A DNA stretch of 64,000 nucleotides from an uncultured Acidimicrobiia bacterium (GCA_963786955.1 CAWBAT010000008.1:32001-96000); one strand, 5' to 3'; numbered from the stretch's first letter, positions 51,375 to 63,603 are shown. Notes: a model not told the origin generated them from the sequence alone. Made by a program: numbers and translations.

Positions 51375-54300
51375 CTAAACCGCGCCGGTCAGTTTATCTA
51401 TCAACAACCCTGTCAGGTGGGCAACAGTCCGCCCCTTTAAGAGTTGTGCCATCGGAATACTCACCTTTAAGTCGGTCTCAATCCGATTTAACAACTCAAG
51501 GGCCATCAACGAATCAAACCCAAAGTTGTTCAGAGGCTTTAGCGTGTCTATGCTGCCGGCCGGGAGTTGCAGCACTCTAGCGAGTTGGTCGCACAAATAG
51601 TTCTCCAACATTTGTTGGCGTTCTCGTGGCGTAACAGCCAAAAGGCTCTGCAGCGTCAAACTGTGGTCTTTCCTTTCACCAACCGGACTTTCAAACTCAT
51701 GCGTGAAGTGAGCAATCAGCCGCAGTTCCTTAGCTGCCGGGAAAAATTGGCAGAATCGTGTCCAATCAATTGGCAGCACCACCATCTGGGGCGGGGCTTG
51801 GTACAGTAGTTTCGCTAAGATCTGGACGCCTTGCTCCGGTGAGATGAAGTCCATCCCTTGGTCACTCAAACGGCGCTGGTCTTGATCGTGAGCGGCCGCA
51901 ACCATCCCCACTTCTGACCATGGGCCCCAATTAATGCTCAAGGCTGGAAGCCCTTGCGCTTGTCGAAGGTGTGCCAAAGCATCCAAAAAGGCATTGGCGG
52001 CGGCATAATTCCCCTGACCGGGCGCGCCCAAAATTGGAGCCGTGGAGGAGAACAGCACAAAGAAGTCCAATTCCTTATTTTTCGTGAGCAAATGCAAATT
52101 CCAAGCTCCGTCCACCTTGGGAGCCATCACGCGAGCAAAACGCTCCCACTTTTGTTGCAGCAACACGCCATCATCAAGAGCGCCAGCCGCATGAATGATG
52201 CCTCGCAATGGCGGCATCGCATCATCGATTTCGGCGATAACCTTGGTGATTTGGTCATGCTGAGAGACATCCGCCCGGGCAACCACCACCCGTGCTCTCG
52301 TCTTTTCCAGCTTACGTACAATATCTCCGGCATCTCCGGTGGCACCACTGCGCCCGACAAGCACCAAATTCCGTGCTCCTTGGGCTACCAACCACTCGGC
52401 TGCCTTAAGCCCCAAGCCCCCCAAGCCGCCGGTAATGAGATACGTCGCATCGGCATTGAAAGTCCCGTCGGCCGACCGCAACGTCTTCTCTTCCTGGGTA
52501 AGTACAATTTTTCCAACATGCTTAGCTTGCGCCATGTACCGAAACGCACCGATTGCTTCTTGGATGGGAAAGACGCGATACGGCAGTGGTTCGAGGGCTC
52601 CTGATTGGACACTCGCCATCAGCTTGCGCAGCATCTCTTGGATTAACCCGGGCTCTGCGTCCACGATGTCGCCCAAGTAAAATACAAAATAAGCGATATC
52701 GGGTTTCAATCGAACGACCTGGCTTTCGTCCCAAATGCCCGTCTTGCCGATTTCCAGAAAACAGCCCTTCGGGGCCAGCACCGACAAACTCTTGGGAATA
52801 AAATCGCCGGCCAAAGAGTTGAGCACAATATCGACGCCACGCCCCTCCGTCAGGGCCATCACCTCATCGGCAAAATCGAGCGTGCGCGAATCCAAAACGT
52901 GCTGTACGCCCAATGAGCGTAGAAGTGCGCGCTTCCTAGGACTGCCGGCTGTAGCAAAAATTTCCGCACCGACTCGCTGCGCCAGTTGCACGGCAGCCAT
53001 TCCTACGCCGCCAGCGGCCGCATGAATTAAGACCCGCTTCCCGGCTGAGATCTTGGCCAGATGATGCAACGTGTAGTATGCGGTCAGGAAAGCAATGGGC
53101 ATCGTAACCGCTTGCGCAAAGCTCAAGTTGTGTGGTTTGGGCACCACCAGATCGGCCCGGGTCACTACAGATGAGCTAAAACTGCCATAGGCCACTCCCA
53201 CTACCTCGTCCCCAACCTGCACCCCTTTGACACCTTCGCCCACAGCTGTAATCGTTCCGGAACACTCATCTCCAAGTAAATTGTCCGCACCCGGATACTT
53301 TCCCAATGCTTTTAAGACGTCTTTAAAGTTGAGGCCCGTTGCCTGAACGCGAATCTCCACTTCACCTGGGCCTGGCTCGTGGAGTGTCTTGGGGCGGAAC
53401 ACCAACGTGTCCAAAAGGCCACGTGAGTTAACATCGAGCTGGAACGCCCGATCTTCCGGCACGACGAGGCGATGTTTGGCCTCATCCTCGCTTCGGTGGT
53501 GACGCACTATTCTCGCCACCCAGCGGTTAGCTCCCCGAAACGCAACCTGTGTTTCCCTTGCACCTGACCAGGCTTCCCTGAACAGGAGCTCACTTTGATC
53601 GGTTTCCGGCCATGGGTCCAAATCTACTCGTACACAGTGCAGCCCCGGGTGTTCCATGGCGATCGTGCCGCCCAGCCCCCAGAGCGTTGCCTGAGCGACG
53701 GTCAGAAGTGTGGGTTCGGGCCCTGCCGGCTGTGCGCCGCGCGTAACCAGCCATAGGCCCTGCAAACCTTCTCCTAATGTTGCCAGTGCCTGAACCAAGT
53801 GGAGAGCGCCACCGCAAATCTGTGCCTGTGTCGTTTCTTTTCCCGGTTCACTATCCAATGCCCACAAGTAAATCACCCCACGAAGTAGCCGGACTGTTTC
53901 CACGGCTTCTTGGAGTAATCGTTGAAAATCGGCGGGGCGGCTTGGATTGACTTGCCAAAGCCCACCCTTGGCGGCCGCATAAGTCTCGCCGGGAATGACG
54001 AGAACACATGTTTCACCTTGCGCCTTCAGGCGTTCGGCCAGAGCTTCCCCGACTCCACCCTGGTCCGCTAAAATCAACCATCCTCCCGCCTTTTCCCTTG
54101 AGTTTTCGATTTCAAGTTTGGCATCGAATTCCTGAATCTCCCAGGCCACCTCATACAGCCAAGAATCAACGTCTGTTAGGATGGCTCGCTGCAAGGCTTC
54201 GCGCGATGCGTGCCTGAGGTACAAGTCTTCCACCTCTGCCACGATCTGCCCAGTCTCATCAAACAAACGGACATCCACGGCGAAGCTATCTTGGCCTTCT

Positions 54301-57300
54301 GCATCGTTTGGTTTGCGAATAATCTGACCCCATAACGGGGTGGAAGAGCGTTGGTAAATACCAATTCGCTTCATGCCGACTGGCAAATAAACGCCAGTGC
54401 CCATCTTCCCGGTCTCAAACGATGACGCCAGCAAAAGTTGGAAGGCAGCATCGAGCAGCGCTGGATGAATTCGATAGGCGTCTAGATCATTTACCAGGGC
54501 TTCGGGCAAGCATATTTGTCCCAGCACTTCCCCTTCATGCCGCCAAATTTGGGTAATTCCCTGAAAGCGCGGCCCATATTGAAGTCCCAGCTCGCGGACG
54601 CGTGCATAAAATGCACTTGCGTCAATCTCTTCTTGGCAACGTGCTTGTGCCGCGGAAAGTGAGGCGCCATCCAATATAGGTTCTCGATCGGCTTGTCGCA
54701 GGCGAATATTACCCGTCACATGTACTTTCCAATTGCCTTTCTCGGTTAGACTGACTACCTGAAAAGCTGCCGTTTCAGTATCCTCCGGCGTTAGAATGAG
54801 CTGAACAACCGTTGCCTCGGGGGAAGCATCTGGCAGAATCAGGGCTTGGTGAATCGTAACTTCTTCTAGCAGATGATTGCCCGGGCCGAAGGCCGCACTC
54901 GCGGCTGCGAGTGCCATCTCAACATAAGCAGTCCCCGGCACCACTACCGTCCCATAGACTCGATGATCCGTTAGGAAGGATGGCGAATCGGCATGCAAAT
55001 GAACTTCAAACTGAATCTCTTTCAGTGCCGAGCGCAGCCTTTGACCGAGCAAGGGATGAAGCGCCGTTTTTCCCGCACCTTCCTTCGATAGCCCGATACT
55101 CCGGCTTTGAGCATGCTTTTCCCCTCCTTCAAGCCAGTAACGCTCGCGCTGAAACGGATAGGTAGGCAGCACCACGCGGCAACGTCCGCGTGCATAGTCG
55201 TGTTCAAATCCTGCATGGTCCACATCCGCCCCGTGAACATACAACGTTCCCAGACTCTCCAGCATCTGCTGCCAGTCTGCAATATTTTTCCGGAGCGAAG
55301 GGAGCCAAACCTGGGCCTGCTGCGCCTCCGGGATACACAACTTTCCCATTCCCAAAAGTATTGGGCTTGGGCCAATTTCAAGGAAGAACGTATATCCCTC
55401 GCGTTGAAGGGTCTGCATTGTCGCGGAGAATCTTACCCCTTGTCGGATGTGACGCTGCCAGTAAGCTGTGTCTGGTATTTCATCGAAATTCAGCATTTGC
55501 CCTGTCAAGTTGGAGACTAAAGGAAGACGCGGGGCATTGTAATCCACTTGGCGGGCGGTTTGCGCGAAGGCATCCAGCATCGGTTCCATCAAAGGCGAGT
55601 GAAAAGCATGCGAAACGTTCAGAGGCTGAGTCTTCACTTTCTCATTCCGAAGTTTTTCAATCACAGTCTGCACGGCGGTTCGCTCGCCGGATATCACGAT
55701 ATTCTTTGGGCCATTATAGGCAGCGATGGAAACGGATTGGAAATAAGGAGCAATGGCTGCCTCTACGCGCTCTTCTCCTGCGAACACCACGGCCATCATC
55801 CCGTCCCTTGGAAGGGCCTGCATGAGGCGACCACGCTCGGCAATGAGCTTCAGTCCATCATCTAGGGTGAATACGCCAGCCACGCAGGCCGCCACATATT
55901 CACCAACACTATGACCCAGCACAATCGCCGGCTCTATCCCCCAGGATCGCCACAGCGCTGCCAACGCATATTCAATGGCAAATAACGCCGGTTGGGTGTA
56001 AGCGGTCTCGTCCAGCAATGAAGACGAACCGGATTCCGGGTAAAGCACTGACAAGAGCGGCTGTTCCAAGTGGGGACGGAGTAACTCGTTGCACTTGTCT
56101 AATGCCGCGCGGAAGGTGGGCTGGGTCTCATAAAGTTGGCGTCCCATGCCAACATATTGCGAGCCTTGACCTGTAAACAGGAAAGCCACCTTGGGCTTTT
56201 CCGTGCCTTCGATTTGTCCGCTCATCACGCCGGGTTGTTTTTGCCCGTTTGCAAAAGAGTTCAGTTTCTCCCGCATTTGGAGGGATGACTCGGCCACAAC
56301 CGCTAGGCGATGATTAAAATGGCCTCGCCCGGTATTGGCGGTGAAACAGATATCCGCTAGTGAAGCTAAAGGTTCGGCCGTCAGGTGTCTCTCAAATCGA
56401 CCGGCAAGCTCCTTTAATGCCACTTCGCTTTTCGCCGAGACATTGAGAAGATGGAGTGGTCTGTCAGCTTCAAGCTTCACTGGTTGGGCTGCAGGGGCTT
56501 CCTCCACTACTACGTGAGAATTAGTTCCGCTCAGTCCAAACGAGCTGACGCCGGCAATTCTTTTTTCATTCCCGGCAGGCCAGCGGGTTCGTCTTGTCGG
56601 AATGGTGACCGGCACCTCATTCAATGAAATATGTGGATTGATCTGTTTAAAGTGCAACAAAGGTGGTATTTCCTCATTCTGCAATGAAAGCACCAATTTG
56701 ATGAGACCGGCAATGCCGGCTGCGGAGTCGAGGTGGCCGATATTGCTCTTGGCCGAGCCAATCATCAAACGTCTATTCTCTGCTCGTCCCTCGCCGAGCA
56801 CTGCTCCCAAAGCCCGCACCTCAATGGGGTCTCCAAGGGAAGTCCCGGTACCGTGAGCCTCAACATAACTTATCTGAGCCGGTTGGACTCGGGCATCCGT
56901 TAGAGCTTGGCGAATCATCGCCTGCTGAGCCAGTCCGTTCGGAACGGTCAGGCCTCCACTGGGGCCATCATGGTTGACTGCTGAGCCTCTGATCAATGCG
57001 AGGATGTTGTCACCATTTGCAACCGCATCGGAGAGACGCTTGAGAACAACAACTCCGCAACCCTCTCCTCGTCCAAAGCCGTCGGCGGCAGCATCAAAGG
57101 TTTTGCAGCGACCATCAGCAGACAATGCTCTGAATCTGGAGAGGGTGATGTACAATTCCGGTGAAAGAATCAGGCTCACGCCGCCCGCCAGGGCAAGGTC
57201 GCACTCGCCGGAGCGCAGGCTGCGGCAAGCGAGGTGGACTGCTACCAACGATGAGGAGCACGCAGTATCAACAGAGAGACTGGGGCCGTGAAGGCCCAAG

Positions 57301-57887
57301 ACGTAGGACAACCGACCGGCCGCAAAGCTAAAATTGACGCCGGTAACAAAATAGGCGTCTATGTTTGTGGGATCACCCGCTTTCACATGCAGTTTTGAGT
57401 AATCGTCTGTCATGATCCCCATGAACACGCCTGTCTGGCTGCCAGCTAGTTTGTCCGGTGCCTGTCCGGCGTTCTCCAACGCCTCCCAGCTTACCTCTAG
57501 GAGTAATCTTTGCTGAGGGTCCAGGCTCATTGCTTCGCGGGGGGAAATATTGAAGAATCCGGCATCGAATTTGTCGATGTCATCCAAAAAGCTGCCATAT
57601 CGTGTATAAATCTTGCCAGGCGCATCCGGGTCCGGGTCATGATAAGCCTTGACATCCCACCGGTCCTGCGGCATCTCGGCGACAGCATCCACACCGTTGC
57701 GTAAGAGCTGCCAAAACCCCTCCGGATTATTGCCTCCACCAGGGAAACGGCACCCCATGCCGATAACCGCAAGAGGTTCCGTTTTCGAACGCTCGACGGC
57801 GTCGAGCTTAGACTGCATTTTCTCCAGCGAGAAAAGTGCCTGCTTCAGTGGAGACAAAAAGCCGGGATGTTCTGAGTTCTGACTCAT
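51375..57887 (-). CDS. Type I modular PKS: KS-AT(malonyl)-DH-ER-KR-ACP, no TE
   Basis: KS DTACSSS/HGTGT/NIGH; AT GHSVG and HAFH; [22 protein letters not shown]; [11 protein letters not shown]; [18 protein letters not shown]; ACP GFDSL. N-terminal docking helix LSPLKQAL. Confidence 0.95.
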   Translation of the reverse strand: MSQNSEHPGFLSPLKQALFSLEKMQSKLDAVERSKTEPLAVIGMGCRFPGGGNNPEGFWQLLRNGVDAVAEMPQDRWDVKAYHDPDPDAPGKIYTRYGSFLDDIDKFDAGFFNISPREAMSLDPQQRLLLEVSWEALENAGQAPDKLAGSQTGVFMGIMTDDYSKLHVKAGDPTNIDAYFVTGVNFSFAAGRLSYVLGLHGPSLSVDTACSSSLVAVHLACRSLRSGECDLALAGGVSLILSPELYITLSRFRALSADGRCKTFDAAADGFGRGEGCGVVVLKRLSDAVANGDNILALIRGSAVNHDGPSGGLTVPNGLAQQAMIRQALTDARVQPAQISYVEAHGTGTSLGDPIEVRALGAVLGEGRAENRRLMIGSAKSNIGHLDSAAGIAGLIKLVLSLQNEEIPPLLHFKQINPHISLNEVPVTIPTRRTRWPAGNEKRIAGVSSFGLSGTNSHVVVEEAPAAQPVKLEADRPLHLLNVSAKSEVALKELAGRFERHLTAEPLASLADICFTANTGRGHFNHRLAVVAESSLQMREKLNSFANGQKQPGVMSGQIEGTEKPKVAFLFTGQGSQYVGMGRQLYETQPTFRAALDKCNELLRPHLEQPLLSVLYPESGSSSLLDETAYTQPALFAIEYALAALWRSWGIEPAIVLGHSVGEYVAACVAGVFTLDDGLKLIAERGRLMQALPRDGMMAVVFAGEERVEAAIAPYFQSVSIAAYNGPKNIVISGERTAVQTVIEKLRNEKVKTQPLNVSHAFHSPLMEPMLDAFAQTARQVDYNAPRLPLVSNLTGQMLNFDEIPDTAYWQRHIRQGVRFSATMQTLQREGYTFFLEIGPSPILLGMGKLCIPEAQQAQVWLPSLRKNIADWQQMLESLGTLYVHGADVDHAGFEHDYARGRCRVVLPTYPFQRERYWLEGGEKHAQSRSIGLSKEGAGKTALHPLLGQRLRSALKEIQFEVHLHADSPSFLTDHRVYGTVVVPGTAYVEMALAAASAAFGPGNHLLEEVTIHQALILPDASPEATVVQLILTPEDTETAAFQVVSLTEKGNWKVHVTGNIRLRQADREPILDGASLSAAQARCQEEIDASAFYARVRELGLQYGPRFQGITQIWRHEGEVLGQICLPEALVNDLDAYRIHPALLDAAFQLLLASSFETGKMGTGVYLPVGMKRIGIYQRSSTPLWGQIIRKPNDAEGQDSFAVDVRLFDETGQIVAEVEDLYLRHASREALQRAILTDVDSWLYEVAWEIQEFDAKLEIENSREKAGGWLILADQGGVGEALAERLKAQGETCVLVIPGETYAAAKGGLWQVNPSRPADFQRLLQEAVETVRLLRGVIYLWALDSEPGKETTQAQICGGALHLVQALATLGEGLQGLWLVTRGAQPAGPEPTLLTVAQATLWGLGGTIAMEHPGLHCVRVDLDPWPETDQSELLFREAWSGARETQVAFRGANRWVARIVRHHRSEDEAKHRLVVPEDRAFQLDVNSRGLLDTLVFRPKTLHEPGPGEVEIRVQATGLNFKDVLKALGKYPGADNLLGDECSGTITAVGEGVKGVQVGDEVVGVAYGSFSSSVVTRADLVVPKPHNLSFAQAVTMPIAFLTAYYTLHHLAKISAGKRVLIHAAAGGVGMAAVQLAQRVGAEIFATAGSPRKRALLRSLGVQHVLDSRTLDFADEVMALTEGRGVDIVLNSLAGDFIPKSLSVLAPKGCFLEIGKTGIWDESQVVRLKPDIAYFVFYLGDIVDAEPGLIQEMLRKLMASVQSGALEPLPYRVFPIQEAIGAFRYMAQAKHVGKIVLTQEEKTLRSADGTFNADATYLITGGLGGLGLKAAEWLVAQGARNLVLVGRSGATGDAGDIVRKLEKTRARVVVARADVSQHDQITKVIAEIDDAMPPLRGIIHAAGALDDGVLLQQKWERFARVMAPKVDGAWNLHLLTKNKELDFFVLFSSTAPILGAPGQGNYAAANAFLDALAHLRQAQGLPALSINWGPWSEVGMVAAAHDQDQRRLSDQGMDFISPEQGVQILAKLLYQAPPQMVVLPIDWTRFCQFFPAAKELRLIAHFTHEFESPVGERKDHSLTLQSLLAVTPRERQQMLENYLCDQLARVLQLPAGSIDTLKPLNNFGFDSLMALELLNRIETDLKVSIPMAQLLKGRTVAHLTGLLIDKLTGAV

Positions 57888-60343
57888 GACAGTTTCTTCT
57901 TTATACTCTCTAATCTTTTGATGAGTAATGCTTCTGCTTCGTCCTCAGAGAGTTGTTCGAGCTCATGCAAATCCATCACTGCCTGAGGATGGTTGGCTGT
58001 CGGTGGTTCCACCTGAGAGGCCCCGGACGGATTCAGCGGCAATACGGTCGAGGCAAGATACCCGGAAAGGGATTCAATGGTCGGATAGTCGAAAACCAGA
58101 GTAGAAGAAAGCGGCTGTCCAAGGCTGGTCTGGAGATGGTTCATGAGCTCAACGGCTGCAAGGGAGTTTAGGCCTACGTCAAACAACCCTTGCTGTGGCC
58201 TTATTGGAAAAGAGGGATCAAGTCCCAGTACATTGACGACCTGATCTCGAACATGTGTCCGCAAGATATCTTGACGTTTCGTTGGAGACGCTTCCTCTAA
58301 TCGCCGCAAAAATTCTGGCCGTTCTTTCGCCGGCTGCATGCTTAATTGCAATTCGCCTGCCAGCTTGGATGAATGATCTTCATTAGGAGCCTGATCTCGC
58401 GTAATATCTCCCCCTTCAACACTTAAGCCCCCTCCCTCTTTGTGCAGCCACTCTAACCAGAGGCGCTCGCGTTGCCAAGGATAAGTGGGTAGTTGGGTAC
58501 ATTGGTTCTCATCCGGATAGAGCCCGTTCCAATTCACCTTATTCCCTTGGGCATAGATAGAACCCAATGCCTCAAGCATAATTTTCCGATCCGCGTTTTT
58601 ATCTATCGCAGAAGAAACTACAGTACTTGCTTGATTGCACTCATGTAGCAATCGAGAAATTGCCTCGGAAAGGGCGGGATAAGAGCCAGATTCTGGGAGG
58701 TCGGGCTGATCCTCCCTAACCTTTGGGCTGAAGAACACACCGGGTGTCACCTTCCTCTGTAGGAATGATTGCAGGGACTGGGCCAATGCTTGCAAGGAAT
58801 GACCTATGAGGGCGAGGCGGTATTCATGATGGCTTCGCCGCACGCTAGCGGTGTAACAAATGTCTCGCAGCGAGACACCAGCTCCGATCCCTTTTTCGGT
58901 CAGGAAATTTTTGTAAGCCAGCGCAAGGTCCAATAGCGCCTTCGGAGTGCGTGCAGATAACGTTAGAATTTGCGACTCTCCGTCAACGGGCTGTTCCGCA
59001 CCATTCCTTGCGATGCTGGCGGAGCGAGATTGCTGTCCAGCACCCCGTGGAGGGGCCTCCAACACGGCATGTGCATTGCCCCCAGCCATGGAAATTGCAG
59101 TCACTCCCGCCAGTGAGGGTCCAGATTTGGCGGGCCACGGACCCAGTGTCCGTTGTGCCAACAGGCCGAGCGATTCCATGGGAATCTTCGGATTGAGATG
59201 CTGAAGGTGTAAAGTCGGTGGGATCTCTCCGTGATAGAGGGAAAGCGCCACTTTAATGAGGCCAGCAATACCGGATGCCGAATCCAAGTGACCAATGTTG
59301 GTTTTGACAGAGCCCACAATACAGGGACGAAGACGCTGGGTTCCAGAGTTGAGGACGGCCCCTAGTGCGTTTGCCTCGATGGGGTCGCCTTTGGGAAGTC
59401 CTGTGCCATGCAACTCTACATAGTCGATTTCAGTCGGCTCAACACCCGCGACATGAAGGGCCTCACGAATAACGGTCTCTTGGGCTGATGAGTCACTGGC
59501 CATGATCCATTCGTTATGGCCATTGTGGTTGAGCGCAGTCCCGCGAATGAATGCGTAAACGCGGTCTCCGGGCATTAACTGAGAGCGTAACTTGAGCACA
59601 ATGACCCCGGCGCCCTCCCCGCGAACAAAGCCATCTGCCCGGGCGTCTAAGGTTTTACAGCATCCATCAGGAGAGAGAACTCCGGCCTTGGACAGCATGA
59701 TGTTGACATCGGGCGACAGAATGAGATTCACTCCACCCGCCAATGCCAGGGTAGTCTCTTCCATCCAAAGACTCTGACAGGCAGTGTGGACCGAGGCCAA
59801 CGACGCGGCACAAGCACCATCAATGGCCATGCTTGGCCCCCTCAAATCAAAGAAGTAGGAGATTCGGCTCGGAGCAAAAGCAAAGGCATTGCCGGTAGCC
59901 GCGTAACCATTGAGCTGCAAAGGTTCCCTCGACTGCAGCCTGAGATAGTCGTTCCACATGATCCCCATGAACACGCCAGTCGGGCTGCCACGGACGCTTT
60001 CCAAGGGCAGCCCAGCATCTTCAAGAGCCTCCCACGCGACCTCGAGGAGCAGGCGGTGCTGTGGGTCCATATATTTCGCTTCTCGTGGAGGAATTCGAAA
60101 TGCACGCCAATCGAATTGATCGGCATTGTCGAGGAATCCACCGCGCCGGCTGATCATCTTGCCGGGGCTGTTGGGGTCCGGATCATGGAGTGAGTTTACG
60201 TCCCAGCGATCGGCCGGAACCTCGCGAATTGCATCGCTTCCTTCTCGCAGCAGCTTCCAGAACGCTTGTGGACTGGGAGCCCCTGGGAGACGGCACCCCA
60301 TCCCCACAATGGCGATGGGCTCACGCGGAATTTTTGAATTCAC
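57884..60343 (-). CDS. Type I PKS KS-(AT deleted)-ACP with C-terminal docking domain
   Basis: KS DGAC/HGTG/NIGH; the KS-AT linker joins almost directly to the post-AT linker (LPTYPWQRERLW); no GHSxG; ACP GLNSL; tail LEQLSEDEAEALL. ATGA overlap with the next PKS gene. Confidence 0.9.
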   Translation of the reverse strand: MNSKIPREPIAIVGMGCRLPGAPSPQAFWKLLREGSDAIREVPADRWDVNSLHDPDPNSPGKMISRRGGFLDNADQFDWRAFRIPPREAKYMDPQHRLLLEVAWEALEDAGLPLESVRGSPTGVFMGIMWNDYLRLQSREPLQLNGYAATGNAFAFAPSRISYFFDLRGPSMAIDGACAASLASVHTACQSLWMEETTLALAGGVNLILSPDVNIMLSKAGVLSPDGCCKTLDARADGFVRGEGAGVIVLKLRSQLMPGDRVYAFIRGTALNHNGHNEWIMASDSSAQETVIREALHVAGVEPTEIDYVELHGTGLPKGDPIEANALGAVLNSGTQRLRPCIVGSVKTNIGHLDSASGIAGLIKVALSLYHGEIPPTLHLQHLNPKIPMESLGLLAQRTLGPWPAKSGPSLAGVTAISMAGGNAHAVLEAPPRGAGQQSRSASIARNGAEQPVDGESQILTLSARTPKALLDLALAYKNFLTEKGIGAGVSLRDICYTASVRRSHHEYRLALIGHSLQALAQSLQSFLQRKVTPGVFFSPKVREDQPDLPESGSYPALSEAISRLLHECNQASTVVSSAIDKNADRKIMLEALGSIYAQGNKVNWNGLYPDENQCTQLPTYPWQRERLWLEWLHKEGGGLSVEGGDITRDQAPNEDHSSKLAGELQLSMQPAKERPEFLRRLEEASPTKRQDILRTHVRDQVVNVLGLDPSFPIRPQQGLFDVGLNSLAAVELMNHLQTSLGQPLSSTLVFDYPTIESLSGYLASTVLPLNPSGASQVEPPTANHPQAVMDLHELEQLSEDEAEALLIKRLESIKKKLS

Positions 60344-60364
60344 CGCAGTAGTTCCCCCAGATGT

Positions 60365-60643
60365 TTACAATTGGCGAGGTTCTGCCCGCTGTGCTCCTGC
60401 GAGTTCCACAACCAAGTTAGTTATAGAGGTCAGATCCTTGAAATTGTCTGGAAGAATCTTATCCGCGGGCACTTTCACACTGAATCGGTCTTGGATAAAG
60501 CTAACAATTCTGGCCATCTCAATCGAGTTAATAATCCCCCATTCAAGCAACGGAGTCGATTCATTCAGACCGATATCTTTTCCGTCAAGCACCTCTCGGG
60601 AAATATAACTTTTTACGCCATCGAGAACTTCTGATTGGTTCAT
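60365..60643 (-). CDS. Standalone prolyl/pyrrolyl carrier protein (PltL/AnaD-like)
   Basis: TPLLEWGIINS(I), matching the TPLLEWGILNS motif I recall for PltL; 92 aa. Confidence 0.88.
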   Translation of the reverse strand: MNQSEVLDGVKSYISREVLDGKDIGLNESTPLLEWGIINSIEMARIVSFIQDRFSVKVPADKILPDNFKDLTSITNLVVELAGAQRAEPRQL

Positions 60644-60807
60644 GTTAATCTCTCTTTAAATACTCTATTCTGCAATCAATCTATTTGACAATGCCAGGTC
60701 ACTTACCGTTGCATAATAAGCGCTTCTGCTGCTAGCAGTAAGCCTGAATTTTCAATAGGTTTTCCACCTTAATGGATAACTGGCTCTCTCCGCTGGTGAT
60801 GCAAAAC

Positions 60808-62310
60808 TCAAGAATGAGCCACATCACTCATCAGACTGAGTCGATCAACTTTTCCATTCCTGGTACGAGGAAGGGAATTCAGGAAATTCACTTTATCGAC
60901 AATCATGTAGCGGGGAAGACGCTCGGCACAGTGTCGTTTGATGTCGAGCAACGTAGGCGGTTCGTCGGCTGTGCTCACAATAAAGGCAATGAGCCGTGCC
61001 TCTACCCCACTACCGGATACGACAACCGTTGCCTCCTTGACCTTGGGGTATTGTCCAAGAGCCGCCTCGATGTCTCCCAGCTCAACACGGTGGCCGCGCA
61101 CCTTCACCATGTGATCTTTGCGCCCAATGTACATGTAGTTGCCATCCTCCTCGAGCCGAACAATGTCGCCGGTAGCATACGGCTTGTCGCCGTGAAGTGG
61201 CTGCCCCCAATAGCCCAGAAGCACGGTTGGGCCGGAGACCATCAGTTCGCCTTGCTCTCCTGGGTTGACCTCGGTACCATCGTCTTTGACCCCCCATACA
61301 CGGTCGCCGGAGCATGCCCGGCCGATAGGAACCGGCTTCGTGCGATCCTTCGCGATCTCAGTCACCTCATAGAAGGTACAGACATTGGTCTCGGTCGGGC
61401 CATAGAGGTTGAGATATCGCATTGAAGGCCAACGTTCATATAACCGCCGCAAGTGCCCAATAGGAAATGGCTCGCCAGCAAATAGGATGGCGCGAAGTGG
61501 ATTATGCTGCAGCTCCAGCAGTCCACCCTGCTCCATCATGAGGATCAATGCGGATGGGACGGAATACCAAATTGTTATGTTTTCTTGGATGATAAAGTCG
61601 ACCAGTCTTTGGGGAACATAGGACATTCCATCGGGAATTAGGGAAACTACTCCGCCCGCGCGAAACGCCACGTAGAGATCGAGTACCGATAGGTCAAAAT
61701 GGAACGGGGCGTGGTTAGAAAAATGATCGGCCGAATTTACCCGAAGTTCATCGGCAGCCCAATTGATAAATGCGAGGGCATTGCGATGGCTGATACAAAC
61801 CCCCTTGGGCTTGCCGGTTGAGCCAGACGTATAGAGTATGTAAGCCAAGTCATCGTCAGCAGGGGCCGGTAGTTCTACCGACCGGTCTGAGAATGCCGAT
61901 AGGTCATTCCAGCTAATTCCTTGCCCGGTATCATCCACGCACAAACGCGTCACCTGTTTGAGATCATCTGTGAGAATGGATTCGGCGCGGTTTGCCGTGC
62001 TCACGAGCGCTCGCATGGCGCAGTCCTGCACGATCGTGCGGGTTCGAGCCGCAGGAGCCAGCGGGTCGAGCGGAACGTATGCCGCCCCGATTCGCAGCAC
62101 GCCTTGCATCGCCGCTACTGCGCGCGCTGACTTGTCAAGCCAGATTCCGACTCGGTCGCCGCTGCAGACACCCTGCTCGGCCAGCGCTCGGGCGATACGG
62201 TTCGCCAGGCGATCCAGTTCGCCATATGTGAAGTTGCCATCTGGGCCCTTGACAGCCAATGCGTCCGCTGTGCGCTGCGCGCTCAGGATAAGAATGTCTT
62301 TCAGACTCAT
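60808..62310 (-). CDS. Standalone L-proline adenylation enzyme (PltF/AnaC/RedM-like)
   Basis: YILYTSGSTGKPKG, FDLSVLD, WYSVPS, ILFAGE, NLYGPTETNVC, NGKVDR. Specificity code read by eye: DLLYLALVCK. Confidence 0.9.
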   Translation of the reverse strand: MSLKDILILSAQRTADALAVKGPDGNFTYGELDRLANRIARALAEQGVCSGDRVGIWLDKSARAVAAMQGVLRIGAAYVPLDPLAPAARTRTIVQDCAMRALVSTANRAESILTDDLKQVTRLCVDDTGQGISWNDLSAFSDRSVELPAPADDDLAYILYTSGSTGKPKGVCISHRNALAFINWAADELRVNSADHFSNHAPFHFDLSVLDLYVAFRAGGVVSLIPDGMSYVPQRLVDFIIQENITIWYSVPSALILMMEQGGLLELQHNPLRAILFAGEPFPIGHLRRLYERWPSMRYLNLYGPTETNVCTFYEVTEIAKDRTKPVPIGRACSGDRVWGVKDDGTEVNPGEQGELMVSGPTVLLGYWGQPLHGDKPYATGDIVRLEEDGNYMYIGRKDHMVKVRGHRVELGDIEAALGQYPKVKEATVVVSGSGVEARLIAFIVSTADEPPTLLDIKRHCAERLPRYMIVDKVNFLNSLPRTRNGKVDRLSLMSDVAHS

Positions 62311-62384
62311 GCGTCCAATTCCTTAAATTTTACGAAACTGCTTTTGATTAGTTAATGACGAAGCGAGCCGACCACGGGTGTCCT

Positions 62385-63530
62385 CTATAAACCCAACCAA
62401 CGAGCAATGACCACCCGCTGGATGTCGGACGTGCCGGAATAAAGTATCCCGCCGACGGCGTCACGTAGATCGCGCTCCACCTCAAACTCGGTTGTGTAAC
62501 CATACCCACCATGGATTCTTACGGCGTCGAGGCTCGATTGGACAAAACACTCACTCAGGTGGAGTTTGGCCATCGCGGCTTCCATCACGGCGGGTTTGTC
62601 CATCTTCTTGAGCCAGGCAACTTTATACAAAAGCAGCCGGGAGGTTTCCAAACGTACCTGCATGTCAGCGATGCGATTAGCCACTGATTGAAATTTGCCG
62701 ATCGGTTGGCCAAATTGGCGGCGCTCACGCGCGTATCGAATGCATATTTCCAATTGATGCTCCATCGCGCCGATGTGGCTGGCCAGAATGCAACTCCGTT
62801 CCCATTCCATCGAACTGCTGAAGATGGTGACCCCGGCTCCCTCCGGCCCCAGCCGACTCTCAGCGGGCACGTAACAATCGTCCAAAATTAATTCTCCCAT
62901 CGGTGAAGTACGCAAGCCCATCTTCTCCGTGTGACCACCCACACGAAAACCCGGCGTGCCTTTCTCCACCAAGAAAGCGCCGATGCCGCCGATGCCTTTG
63001 GCAGGATCTAAGGTCGCAAAAACCACGGCTAGATCGGCCATGGGGGCGCTAGTAACGAAAACTTTGGTGCCGTTTAGCACGTAACCGTTATCACGCTTCT
63101 CAGCACGTGTGCGCAGACTGTAGGCATCGGACCCCGAATCCGGTTCAGTCATCCCATGAGCACCAATCAGGTCTCCGCCGCACAATCCAGGCAGATATTT
63201 TTCCTTCTGCGCTTCCGTACCAAAAGTTAAAATAGGGAGTTGCACACTCCACATCTGAGCATTCAAAGCAAAAATTAACCCGTTGTCACGACATCCATAT
63301 CCTAGCCCTTCCATCGTCAGCATCGTCGTCAGAATGTCTGCGTCGGTGCCGCCGTATTTTCCCGGAATGGGCAATCCTTGAATGCCTAACTGGGCGCACT
63401 TTCGCCAATTTTCAGTTGAAAATTCTCCGTCTTTATCACGCTGCACTAGGTTGTTGTTCAGCTCTTGTTGGGCAAATTTGATCACTTCGTGTTTGAACGA
63501 GAGCTGTTCTTCTGTCCAGGAAAAATCCAT
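62385..63530 (-). CDS. Prolyl-carrier-protein dehydrogenase/oxidase (PltE/AnaB-like, acyl-CoA dehydrogenase fold)
   Basis: 381 aa from MDFSW; EGLGYGCRDNGLIF, TEPDSGSD, SMEWER, YSGTSDIQR; adjacent to the proline A domain and carrier protein. Confidence 0.9.
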   Translation of the reverse strand: MDFSWTEEQLSFKHEVIKFAQQELNNNLVQRDKDGEFSTENWRKCAQLGIQGLPIPGKYGGTDADILTTMLTMEGLGYGCRDNGLIFALNAQMWSVQLPILTFGTEAQKEKYLPGLCGGDLIGAHGMTEPDSGSDAYSLRTRAEKRDNGYVLNGTKVFVTSAPMADLAVVFATLDPAKGIGGIGAFLVEKGTPGFRVGGHTEKMGLRTSPMGELILDDCYVPAESRLGPEGAGVTIFSSSMEWERSCILASHIGAMEHQLEICIRYARERRQFGQPIGKFQSVANRIADMQVRLETSRLLLYKVAWLKKMDKPAVMEAAMAKLHLSECFVQSSLDAVRIHGGYGYTTEFEVERDLRDAVGGILYSGTSDIQRVVIARWLGL

Positions 63531-63603
63531 CGTTTCTCTCACTCTCTCTAGGCAACGGCGAATTTTAACTTCCTGCGCCGAACCAGAAGTTCCCAATCAT
63601 GAG

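Noticed and set aside
51375-63530. Calling this the anatoxin-a (ana) or pyoluteorin (plt) cluster
   Set aside because: No AnaF/AnaG/AnaJ equivalents or halogenase in the window, and there is an extra AT-less module. Only the starter cassette and one module layout are shared.
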